Shown piece after piece: positions 17,564 through 25,217 of a stretch of 43,574 bases of DNA; the stretch's first letter is position 1; every line of letters starts with the position of its first letter. Both the position numbers and the translations under genes were made by a program. Source of the DNA: an uncultured Planctomycetia bacterium (GTDB lineage Bacteria > Omnitrophota > Gorgyraeia > 2-02-FULL-51-18); assembly GCA_964497635.1 (NCBI GenBank), contig CAZCDB010000004.1:1-43574 (forward strand), written 5' to 3'. Under the pieces are notes generated by a model. That model worked only from the letters and a program-made list of their open reading frames with translations. It did no database searches and had not been told where the DNA came from.

Positions 17564-17669
17564 CCCGCTCTCCTAGATTTTGTGCCATAGCATGGGGACC
17601 TGACAAACCCCTTTTTTTGGTAGTATACGAAACGAAGGCCTCTGAAACAACAGTCAGATCATGCCGCGT

Positions 17670-19073
17670 TTAAACCTTCACATCCCAAAGCGGTATCTTA
17701 AGATGCTGTCTAAAATTCTCACCTTTCAGTGGCTGCATCTTCCTCTGAGAAAAATCCCCTCTCTGGCCCAAATGCTGGCGATGCTGCCTCAAGACATCGC
17801 TTGAGGCAAGATGAAGCGTGTGTTTGCCATACATGGCCGCGGCCTCATCAATGGTTTTTGAAATCTCGCGCAATCCTGTGATTTTGACAGGATCATCAAA
17901 TAAATCTCTTTGGACTTCTAGCCCATACTCAAGGTCATGAAACCACACACCTGTCGCTCTGTACTTTGTCCCAGATTGAAAAAGTGAATCAAAAAGCTTG
18001 GAGACAATCTCAACCCCCTCAAGAGGCGAGTCTGTATGCCGCTTAAGCTCTGCAAAAAGACCCTGGCCTCGATAATCCTGATTTTTAAGATAGACTCCTA
18101 TCCCTTTGGTGCGCAGATGGTGGCGTCTTAGCTTAATAAACGCCGACTCCATATTGCGTATCAGCTGAGCCCTTACAAAATCCCGATCGCTGGAGGCGGG
18201 TGTAAACGTCTTGGTTTTACTCAAAGACGCCTGCGCCTCTTTCTTTTCTGTAAGAATCGGATAAATAGCTTCCCCTCGCAGCTCATGCCAAAGCTCAGAG
18301 CCAATCTTACCCAAGAGTTTTCTTGCAAAAGCTTCCGGCTTTTGAACATATTCCCAAACTGTATGAACGCCGTGCTTGGCCAAAAGTGCCGTACTGGCTG
18401 GCCCAAAACCACAGACACGCTCAACGGGGACCGTCTTAAGATAATCTCCTAGTTCATACCCTCTCACGCAAGTAAACCCCGATGGCTTGCCGTCTTTAGA
18501 GCAGATCTTGGCGAGCGCTTTGGTAAGGCTAAGGCCAACGGACACGGTGATCCCCAGCTCCTTTTCAATTGTATTTTTGATATCAAAAGCAATGGCTTCG
18601 TAAGAGCTATGATAAACACGCCGCAAACCCGTAAGAGACGCAAACGCTTCATCGATGGAGTATTCTTCTACCTCAGGAGTAAAGCGTCTTAAGATCGCAT
18701 AAAATCTCTGAGAAAATAAGCTATAGGACTCATAGTCGCAGGGCAAAAAAACGGCCTCTGGGCAAATTTTTTTGATCTCAGACAATCGCATGGCCCGCAC
18801 CACGCCTGCGCGCTTGGCTTCATAACTAAAAGCCGCTGCGATACCTCGATCCTTTCCCACAATCACAGGCTTTCCTTTAAGGGCTGGCTTGAGAGACTGC
18901 TCTACGCTAGCAAAAAAAGCATCACAATCGACATGAATAATTGCTTTTGGAAGAGAGTGGAGACTGATCAAAGATTGACTATTTGTATTTTCGGACAACG
19001 GCGACAATGACTCCTCCGATTTTAAGCTCTTCTTTGGGTTTGATCGGGGCGTATTTCTTATTGGCGGCAACAA
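17670..19073 (-). CDS. Y-family (DinB/UmuC-type) translesion DNA polymerase; 5' end unresolved
   Basis: IIHVDCDAFFASVEQ and SIDEAF motifs. The maximal ORF starts at a TTG at 19073 and overlaps lexA by 95 nt. An in-frame TTG at 18969-18971 lies just after the lexA stop. There is no in-frame ATG before the catalytic core. Confidence 0.85.
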   Translation of the reverse strand: MLPPIRNTPRSNPKKSLKSEESLSPLSENTNSQSLISLHSLPKAIIHVDCDAFFASVEQSLKPALKGKPVIVGKDRGIAAAFSYEAKRAGVVRAMRLSEIKKICPEAVFLPCDYESYSLFSQRFYAILRRFTPEVEEYSIDEAFASLTGLRRVYHSSYEAIAFDIKNTIEKELGITVSVGLSLTKALAKICSKDGKPSGFTCVRGYELGDYLKTVPVERVCGFGPASTALLAKHGVHTVWEYVQKPEAFARKLLGKIGSELWHELRGEAIYPILTEKKEAQASLSKTKTFTPASSDRDFVRAQLIRNMESAFIKLRRHHLRTKGIGVYLKNQDYRGQGLFAELKRHTDSPLEGVEIVSKLFDSLFQSGTKYRATGVWFHDLEYGLEVQRDLFDDPVKITGLREISKTIDEAAAMYGKHTLHLASSDVLRQHRQHLGQRGDFSQRKMQPLKGENFRQHLKIPLWDVKV

Positions 19074-19560
19074 GACTCACTTCTTTGCCATTTTTTTCAT
19101 AGTATTTCATCGTCCACTCATGATCCACTTCCGCAATCACAATATCGCGATGCTTTGGCTGCCTTCCTCGTTCTACCAAAACAAGGTCGCCCTCGTGAAT
19201 GCCCGCATCGATCATCGAGTCACCCGATACTTTGATAAGAAAAGTCTGGTCGGGGTGTCTGACAAGATATTCATCAAGGCTCATGGTGTCGACAAGCTCT
19301 TCTTCCGCCGGGCTTGGCCATCCAGCTTGCACCGTGCCCAGAAGCCTGATACCCCCCAATGAAGCAAAAAGAATCTTGCCTTGCTTATCTTTTTTTAGAA
19401 AACCTTTATCAACGAGCTTGTCGACAAGCCAGAAGGCGGCGTTCTTGGATTTATACCGGAAGAGCTTGCGAAGCTCCTCAAAACTAGGCGGGCGTTTATT
19501 TTCTTGAGAAAATTGACGAATCTTCCGCGTGGCTTTATTTAAATCGATGGTTTTTGGCAT
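18979..19560 (-). CDS. lexA: LexA-type SOS repressor (N-terminal winged helix plus S24 self-cleaving peptidase)
   Basis: 193 aa. Cleavage-site context VQAGWPSPAEE (A-G), VSGDSMIDAGI (catalytic Ser) and WTMKYY (Lys). An ATG at 19558-19560 has GAGAGGG upstream. Confidence 0.85.
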   Translation of the reverse strand: MPKTIDLNKATRKIRQFSQENKRPPSFEELRKLFRYKSKNAAFWLVDKLVDKGFLKKDKQGKILFASLGGIRLLGTVQAGWPSPAEEELVDTMSLDEYLVRHPDQTFLIKVSGDSMIDAGIHEGDLVLVERGRQPKHRDIVIAEVDHEWTMKYYEKNGKEVSLVAANKKYAPIKPKEELKIGGVIVAVVRKYK

Positions 19561-19580
19561 GGATAATCCCTCTCATGCCG

Positions 19581-19609
19581 ATTATATTGAACGAACGTTC
19601 AAATGTCAA
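19581..19609 (-). promoter_or_regulatory. Sigma70-type promoter of lexA with a GAAC-N4-GTTC (Cheo-type) SOS box in the spacer
   Basis: The minus strand reads TTGACA (19604-19609), then a 17-nt spacer tTTGAACGTTCGTTCAA, then TATAAT (19581-19586). The inverted repeat TTGAAC-N4-GTTCAA is at 19587-19602. The lexA ATG lies 21 nt downstream of the -10 element. Confidence 0.75.
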
Positions 19610-19639
19610 TCAAGCGCTCAGATAAGTCGCAAAGCTCGT

Positions 19640-20548
19640 CTATTTGGATCCCAAAATATCGCTCAAAGCTTCTTTAAGAACAGGGAATTTAAAAACAAAA
19701 CCGTGTTTAAGAAGTTTTGCAGGCACGGCTTTTTGACCGCCCAATAACATTTCTGACATTTCACCGAGAAGCATTTTTAAAACAAACGCTGGGACCGGCG
19801 CCCAAGAAGGTCTTTGGAGGACCTTGCCAAGCTCATGGCAAAACTGACTCATCGTCACCGGATTGGGAGCGGTGGTGTTGACCGCTCCGGACAGAGACTC
19901 ATTTTCTAAAGCAAATAAAATAATCCGGACCACATCCTCCCGATGGATCCAGGCAAACCACTGCTTGCCCGACCCCAGCGGCCCGCCGGCAAACATCTGA
20001 AAGGGTGTCAACATTTTTGAAAGAGCACCCCCACCCCGCTCAAGAACAACGCCGATTCTTAAACACACCGTCCTGAGCCCCAAAGCTTCCGCGGCGCGAA
20101 CCTCCTTCTCCCAAGCATCGCAGGTCTCTGCCAGAAACCCGCTTCCTTTTGGATGGGTTTCGCTTACTTCGCCCTCAGACACATCGCCATAATAACCCAC
20201 CGCCGATGCATTGATGAGGACTTTAGGTTTTCGATCGGACTTTGAGATCGCCTCGACAATAGCGCGGGTGGCAAGGAGGCGGCTTTGGACAATTTTATTC
20301 TTTTGGGCGGGACTCCACCGCTTCTGGGCAATCGGCTCCCCGGCCAGATTGATCACAGCGTTGACAGCTCCCATCTCCTTCGCCCACAATCCAACCGATT
20401 CCCCATCCCACGGAAGATAGTGGATCTTGGGATCCGCGCTCTTTCTTTGGCTTCGAGATAAAAGAAACACCTCGTGATCTTTTTTTCTTAACTCAGAGAC
20501 AAGCTCCCCGCCAATAAACCCCGTCCCTCCGGCTATCATGATTTTCAT
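19640..20548 (-). CDS. TIGR01777/YfcH-type NAD-dependent epimerase-family protein (DUF1731 C-terminus)
   Basis: 302 aa. MKIMIAGGTGFIGGEL Rossmann motif. An ATG has GGGAGA upstream. Confidence 0.75.
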   Translation of the reverse strand: MKIMIAGGTGFIGGELVSELRKKDHEVFLLSRSQRKSADPKIHYLPWDGESVGLWAKEMGAVNAVINLAGEPIAQKRWSPAQKNKIVQSRLLATRAIVEAISKSDRKPKVLINASAVGYYGDVSEGEVSETHPKGSGFLAETCDAWEKEVRAAEALGLRTVCLRIGVVLERGGGALSKMLTPFQMFAGGPLGSGKQWFAWIHREDVVRIILFALENESLSGAVNTTAPNPVTMSQFCHELGKVLQRPSWAPVPAFVLKMLLGEMSEMLLGGQKAVPAKLLKHGFVFKFPVLKEALSDILGSK

Positions 20549-20566
20549 CTTAAGTCTCCCGACTGC

Positions 20567-21499
20567 TCATTCCTCTTCTGCTCTTACTAGAACAACCGAT
20601 ACCGCCACAGACACAAATAAAATCAGCGCAATGATGGAGAGCGAAATACCAATAGGAATCTTATAGATATCCGTTATCAACATTTTCACCCCAACAAATC
20701 CCAATATCGCCGCCAAACCATAATGCAAGTAACGAAACATTTTCATCACTCCGGCCAAGGCAAAATAAAGAGACCTGAGTCCCAAGATCGCGAAAATATT
20801 GGAACTGTAAACAATAAATGGGTCCTTGGTAACCGCCAGAATTGCCGGAATCGAATCCACAGCAAAGATCACATCGGTCACCTCAACCAAAACGAGAGCC
20901 ACAAAAAGGGGCGTGGCCATCTCCCGCCCGTTTTCTTTAACCCAAAACTTAGGACCCTCATAGCCATGTGCCACAGGAACAAATCGATTGAATAGTTTGA
21001 GCGCCGGGTTTTTGGCAAGATCTGAATGACCGGGTTCATGCTTGGCCATCTTGATCGCCGTTATGATGAGAAATCCACCAAATACGTAGATGATCCAGTG
21101 AAAGTTTTTTATTAAAGCCACGCCCCCCGCGATAAATCCGGCCCGCATAATAATAGCGCCGAGAATACCCCAGAAAAGGACTTCATGCTGATAACGTGGC
21201 GCTATTTTGAAAAATGCGAAGATCATCGCAAAAACAAATACGTTGTCTACGCTGAGTGATTTTTCAATCAGGTAGCCGGCCAAAAATTCCATGGCCGGTT
21301 CCTTACCCTTTACCAGATAAAGACCCCAGTTAAAAATGAGGGCTAGACCGATCCAAACAGCGCTCCAGGTAATCGCTTCTTTAAACTTTATTTCTTTGGG
21401 TGTCCGGTGAAAAATGCCTAAATCAAGAGCCAGCATGATCAAGACAAAGCCATTGAACAGGATCCAAGGCCATAAGTCGGGCGATATGCTAAAGCTCAA
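20567..21499 (-). CDS. TerC-family integral membrane protein
   Basis: 310 aa and multi-pass hydrophobic. Carries the LSVDNVFVF and AVDSIPAILAVT motifs. A TTG start has GGGGAG 7 nt upstream. Confidence 0.8.
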   Translation of the reverse strand: MSFSISPDLWPWILFNGFVLIMLALDLGIFHRTPKEIKFKEAITWSAVWIGLALIFNWGLYLVKGKEPAMEFLAGYLIEKSLSVDNVFVFAMIFAFFKIAPRYQHEVLFWGILGAIIMRAGFIAGGVALIKNFHWIIYVFGGFLIITAIKMAKHEPGHSDLAKNPALKLFNRFVPVAHGYEGPKFWVKENGREMATPLFVALVLVEVTDVIFAVDSIPAILAVTKDPFIVYSSNIFAILGLRSLYFALAGVMKMFRYLHYGLAAILGFVGVKMLITDIYKIPIGISLSIIALILFVSVAVSVVLVRAEEE

Positions 21500-21721
21500 G
21501 TTTTTCTCCCCTCATAATTAGAATTCGGTTGTATTTCTTTCCGCTCCCGGATTCAGAACAGGAAACACCAAGCGCTCTGCCCGGATCACAACTTCACACC
21601 CTCCGACGACTGAGCGGATCATTTCTTCGGCTCTCACAAACCCTCTTTGCTCTTTGATGGAACTCAGCGACTCAAATTCCTCGTAGGTGACCCGAGCCAA
21701 TACCCCAATTTTGTTATTGTA

Positions 21722-22237
21722 TCACGCTGTACTGGCCGGGCTTTTGAAGATTGAATCGATCACCTGTTGTCTATATTGGAATATCCTCTCAACATCATTG
21801 GCCACAAACCTTCCAATAATCATGCGGCCCACAAAACCCAGCGGTGGTTTGTAATCTACTCTATCACGCATCCAAGTCCCGCCATCCTCCGGCTCAAACA
21901 GATGCCGATGGCACCAGTATCGATAGGGTCCTGATATCTGTATATCGCTAAAAGAACTGGGCTCATTCCAATCCGTGATACGGCTAGTCCATCGGACGGG
22001 CACTCCATGCACCTTGAGCTTGTAGTGGATCTCGGCACCCTCTTCCATCTTAGGCGTGTTCATAGAAAGAACTTTGAAGTTGAGGAATGGAGGTGTCAGG
22101 CGTTCCAGATTATACGCATCAGAGAAAAATTTAAAGACGCGCTCCTGATCATGTGGCACCCATTGATCAGAAGTTACGACACCCTTGTCGGCGTCGACTG
22201 TGAGCGAGCTACGTTTTAATTGTATAGATGATTTCAT
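21722..22237 (-). CDS. SRPBCC-superfamily (COG4276-like) ligand-binding protein
   Basis: 171 aa. FKFFSDAYNLERLTPPFLNFKV and GPYRYWCHRHLFE are typical of this family, which is often linked to YfcH-type genes. Confidence 0.65.
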   Translation of the reverse strand: MKSSIQLKRSSLTVDADKGVVTSDQWVPHDQERVFKFFSDAYNLERLTPPFLNFKVLSMNTPKMEEGAEIHYKLKVHGVPVRWTSRITDWNEPSSFSDIQISGPYRYWCHRHLFEPEDGGTWMRDRVDYKPPLGFVGRMIIGRFVANDVERIFQYRQQVIDSIFKSPASTA

Positions 22238-22298
22238 TATCTTTTATAAGAAATTTTAATTTTGGCTATAATAATATTTCCGAAAGATCCGTAGGTCC

Positions 22299-22445
22299 TC
22301 AAAACGCTCTGGAGACCTCCGCCTTAGGCCCCTTGAGCGAGAGCTTTGTATCATTATTGATCATGGTTGAGCATCCTGAAAGGATCGCCATCATCACAAT
22401 AACCCCCAGAATCCTAATACTACTTGAAAGAGTACTATTATACAT
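22299..22445 (-). CDS. Mini-lipoprotein (48 aa), paralogue of 23494..23616; below the ORF-track size cut-off
   Basis: Minus-strand translation is MYNSTLSSSIRILGVIVMMAILSGCSTMINNDTKLSLKGPKAEVSRAF*. It has an LSGC lipobox. The mature part is 20/24 identical to the second copy, with many synonymous differences. Confidence 0.6.
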   Translation of the reverse strand: MYNSTLSSSIRILGVIVMMAILSGCSTMINNDTKLSLKGPKAEVSRAF

Positions 22446-22496
22446 TTAAAAATCCTTTGATGTTTGATGCAAAAAATGATTGTATCCCAATTTGTT

Positions 22497-23024
22497 TTAG
22501 ATCTTTCTGCTGTCATAGGCCCAATGAAGCAAGGCTTGGCGTTGACGAGGGCGACACTTTAAATCATGTGGGTAACAATTATTTTTAATTTGGCTGATGT
22601 GTCTTCGGATGGCCAACCAGCGTTTTATCTGCCAATCATCTTCTTCGGGCAACCGACGACCCATATAATATCGACAATACCATTGGAACCATCCGCGGGG
22701 ATCCTCCGGATAAATCCATCCTTTTTTTCGCCATACGGACAACGGTTGGCTGGCATTGACCCCAAAATAATTCAACGATGCATCATGCTTTTCTGGGCAA
22801 AGCTTTGCTTCTGTGAACCAGTCGGCAGGAAATTCTTTTTTGCAGTCGGTCATGTATTTGCCGCCGAAGACCCCCAGCTTCAACATCCGCTTGGGAGTTA
22901 GCTCCGGCTTAAAGCGCGGATCAAAGTTCTTTCCTGGGGCCTGCGTCAATTCATAATGATAATTCTTCTGCATCTTGTCGGTTACGGCAACTATTTTGCG
23001 CAGTTTTTTCATCGATTGAGCCAC
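22497..23024 (-). CDS. Conserved hypothetical protein (Trp/Tyr/Arg-rich, GWFQWYCRYYMGRR motif)
   Basis: 175-aa ORF with a 16-nt overlap with the end of tspO. I cannot name a family. Confidence 0.6.
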   Translation of the reverse strand: MAQSMKKLRKIVAVTDKMQKNYHYELTQAPGKNFDPRFKPELTPKRMLKLGVFGGKYMTDCKKEFPADWFTEAKLCPEKHDASLNYFGVNASQPLSVWRKKGWIYPEDPRGWFQWYCRYYMGRRLPEEDDWQIKRWLAIRRHISQIKNNCYPHDLKCRPRQRQALLHWAYDSRKI

Positions 23025-23497
23025 CAGATCGCCAAATTAAGATAAGTTGCGAAACTTACCCAGAGAAGATAGGGCGTCAAAAAAATTCCTGTCCACCGAT
23101 CAACGCGGTAACTACGGCTCACAAAAAAAATAAGACAAACCTCTAGCGCGACAATGTCGGCAAGAGCTATTCCCGGATTGCGCAGCCCAAAAAACAAAAA
23201 CGACCATACACCGTTAAGAATAAGTTGCAGGACAAAAAAGAGCTTCAATTTCTTTGTTTCCGGATTATCGCCGCTCCAAATGCGCCACCCAGCGATCGCC
23301 ATAAAAATATAAAGCGTCGTCCAAACAGGGGCAAAAACCCAATCCGGAGGATTTAGCAAAGGCTTTTCAAGAGCGGCGTACCAGGACGTCCGGGATGACT
23401 CCGTGACTGCCCCGCCAAACCAGCCGACAAGAAGGCAGATAAGTACAAATACGAGTAATACGGTTATACGTTTTAGGGTTTCAAATAATCGTATCAA
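23009..23497 (-). CDS. tspO: TspO/MBR tryptophan-rich sensory protein
   Basis: 162 aa with five hydrophobic helices. Carries LNPPDWVFAPVWTTLYIFMAIAGWRIW. A TTG start overlaps the stop of the upstream mini-lipoprotein. Confidence 0.85.
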   Translation of the reverse strand: MIRLFETLKRITVLLVFVLICLLVGWFGGAVTESSRTSWYAALEKPLLNPPDWVFAPVWTTLYIFMAIAGWRIWSGDNPETKKLKLFFVLQLILNGVWSFLFFGLRNPGIALADIVALEVCLIFFVSRSYRVDRWTGIFLTPYLLWVSFATYLNLAIWWLNR

Positions 23498-23616
23498 AAT
23501 TTCCTCGAGAGCTCTGCCTTCGGCCCTTTAAGAGATAGCTTGGTGTCCTTATCTATCATTGTGGAGCAGCCTGACAGGAGTATAGATAAAATTAAAGCCC
23601 ATAAAATAAGGCTCAT
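23494..23616 (-). CDS. Mini-lipoprotein (40 aa), paralogue of 22299..22445
   Basis: Internal ATG of track ORF 23494..23739 gives MSLILWALILSILLSGCSTMIDKDTKLSLKGPKAELSRKF*. This start lies downstream of the stop of the PepSY-like gene. Confidence 0.6.
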   Translation of the reverse strand: MSLILWALILSILLSGCSTMIDKDTKLSLKGPKAELSRKF

Positions 23617-23644
23617 TTTCTCTCTTCTGTAAAATTCGTAGCTG

Positions 23645-24058
23645 CTATTTACCGCCAATGTGTTTGAGCGTTTCGCCCGTGTCTGCATCAATAAATACAA
23701 ACAAATCACCACCCTTAACGCCCTGCGCTTTTGGCGCAAAATAAACGGATTTATATTCTTTATCTTTCAGCTCTGGGTACTTTTTTTCGGGCGTAGTCGG
23801 CATGGCAGCATCCCATTTCTGGGTAGCTTCATTATAAGTAGATTCTCCATTACGCGTTAGATGCTTTTTAATGAAATTATTGCCTTCATTATAAATTATA
23901 TTCATTTCTTTGGTCTTGTAACCAAGTTCTTGAGCTTTTTTGACAGCGATCTGAATTATTTTTTCTTTTGTTAATTTATCGGTCTGAGAAAAGGCCACTG
24001 AAGATGCAAAGCACAAAACAATAAGAAGTAGCAACGAGAATAATCTATTAGACATCAT
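23645..24058 (-). CDS. Small secreted protein, PepSY-like by pattern
   Basis: 137 aa. Signal peptide MMSNRLFSLLLLIVLCFASSVAFS|Q. The C-terminus GGDLFVFIDADTGETLKHIGG resembles the PepSY beta-hairpin. AAAGGAGAA RBS. Confidence 0.6.
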   Translation of the reverse strand: MMSNRLFSLLLLIVLCFASSVAFSQTDKLTKEKIIQIAVKKAQELGYKTKEMNIIYNEGNNFIKKHLTRNGESTYNEATQKWDAAMPTTPEKKYPELKDKEYKSVYFAPKAQGVKGGDLFVFIDADTGETLKHIGGK

Positions 24059-24183
24059 TTCTCCTTTTTGCCGGTCTGACTAACGAAGCCTAACGCTTCC
24101 TCTGCGGACGGCGTCCAACATGAAATTTCATTTATAGAAAATAACATGTAGTTGTTATTTAAACCGGTTATATAACATAGGGG

Positions 24184-24924
24184 TCAGGTCTTTACATTTA
24201 ACAATCGTTTAATTCGGCCGCTGTCGCAATAACCACTCAGGCGATCTTCCTCTAAAAATCGCTTATTCATCAGCGAAATAGCCGCCTGACTTAAAATTTT
24301 TGTTCCTTCGAGCTCCCTGGCAATCTCCATCAAGGATAAGGGGGTGTGGGTTTTAAGATAATGAACCAGAAATTTTTTTTGCCGGGCCGGATCCGCTGTC
24401 ATGCGGCCGATTTGCTGCTTAATAAAAGAAATATCGGACGGCTTTTGAAGTCGTCTTAGATTGGAAATCGAGGGATCCTTTTTCCTAGGTAAAAATTTCT
24501 CTTTCATCTCTTCAATAAACGTATCCGACCCCAAAAGGCAGCCGCCCTGACACGCCCGACTGGGATCCCAGGGTCTAGAATACCCCTCCAAGGTAAATTG
24601 ATGAAACAATGTTAAATCTTTAAACTGAGAAAGAATAAAACTTGTGTCCATAAAAGCGAAGGTCTTGCGCTTTTTATAAAACTGCCCATAACTAGACCAT
24701 GGGTAGCTTTCCGGTGACTTGGCAAGACCGGCTTTGACAGGATTTACATGGATGTAGCGGGACAGCTCGAGGGAATAGCTGTCGTGGTCAACCAATATCG
24801 CCTTGTAGCGTCCCTGAAAAAGCGGCCCCACTCGCTTGCGTCGGCGGTTGAAGGTCTGCGTGTAAAGCCCATTAAGCTCACGCATGATCTTCGAGAGATT
24901 TGGCTTTGGAGTTTGTAAATACAA
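24184..24924 (-). pseudogene. 5'-truncated REP-associated/IS200-like Y1 transposase (RayT-type) with DnaA-C-like HTH tail
   Basis: Begins at ..YLQTPKPNLSKIMRELNGLYTQTFNRRRKRVGPLFQGRYKA...YIHVNPVKAGL..YPWSSY. The HUH-containing N-terminal half is missing, and an in-frame TAA lies 18 nt upstream. Confidence 0.7.
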
Positions 24925-24942
24925 ATTGACCCTCCCCCTGAA

Positions 24943-25149
24943 TTAAACCACCCGTAAGTAGAGTCCCGGGTTTTGTTGTTGGTATTTTTTCATGAATTCT
25001 TCAGGGGTTAGGTTGTCCAAAGAATCATGAGGTCTTAACGTATTGTACTCGATCCGCCAGTTTTCAATAACCTCCTTTGCTTCGTTTAAATCCAGGAAGT
25101 AGTTCTCATTCAAGCAGCCATCCCTGAATTTGCCGTTGAAAGACCTCAC
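24943..25149 (-). mobile_element. IS3-family transposase (OrfB) C-terminal fragment, ~68 codons only
   Basis: SFNGKFRDGCLNENYFLDLNEAKEVIENWRIEYNTLRPHDSLDNLTPEEF is the extreme C-terminus of DDE IS3 integrases. No catalytic core lies upstream. Confidence 0.75.
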
Positions 25150-25217
25150 CCTTTTTCTTTTACGCCGTCTAAACTTTTTGATTTCTGACTTCGATGCTGT
25201 TTTACGGGGCTTTCTAA

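Noticed and set aside
21500-21721. The 222-nt gap upstream of terC, considered as a yybP-ykoY (Mn) riboswitch, together with the 60-aa track ORF 21518..21700.
   Set aside because: TerC genes often carry this riboswitch. However, I could not find its conserved GGGGAGUAG and UUGACA-type cores on the minus strand. I found only a weak 7-bp long-range complementarity (TCCGCTC and GAGCGGA). The ORF starts at a TTG, lacks an RBS and has no recognisable family. A covariance-model scan (Rfam RF00080) would settle it.
24059-24183. The perfect 12-nt palindrome ATGAAATTTCAT (about 24120-24131) upstream of the PepSY-like/tspO operon, considered as a candidate operator.
   Set aside because: It is a single AT-rich palindrome with no second copy in the window and no adjacent recognisable promoter hexamers. 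That is too little evidence.
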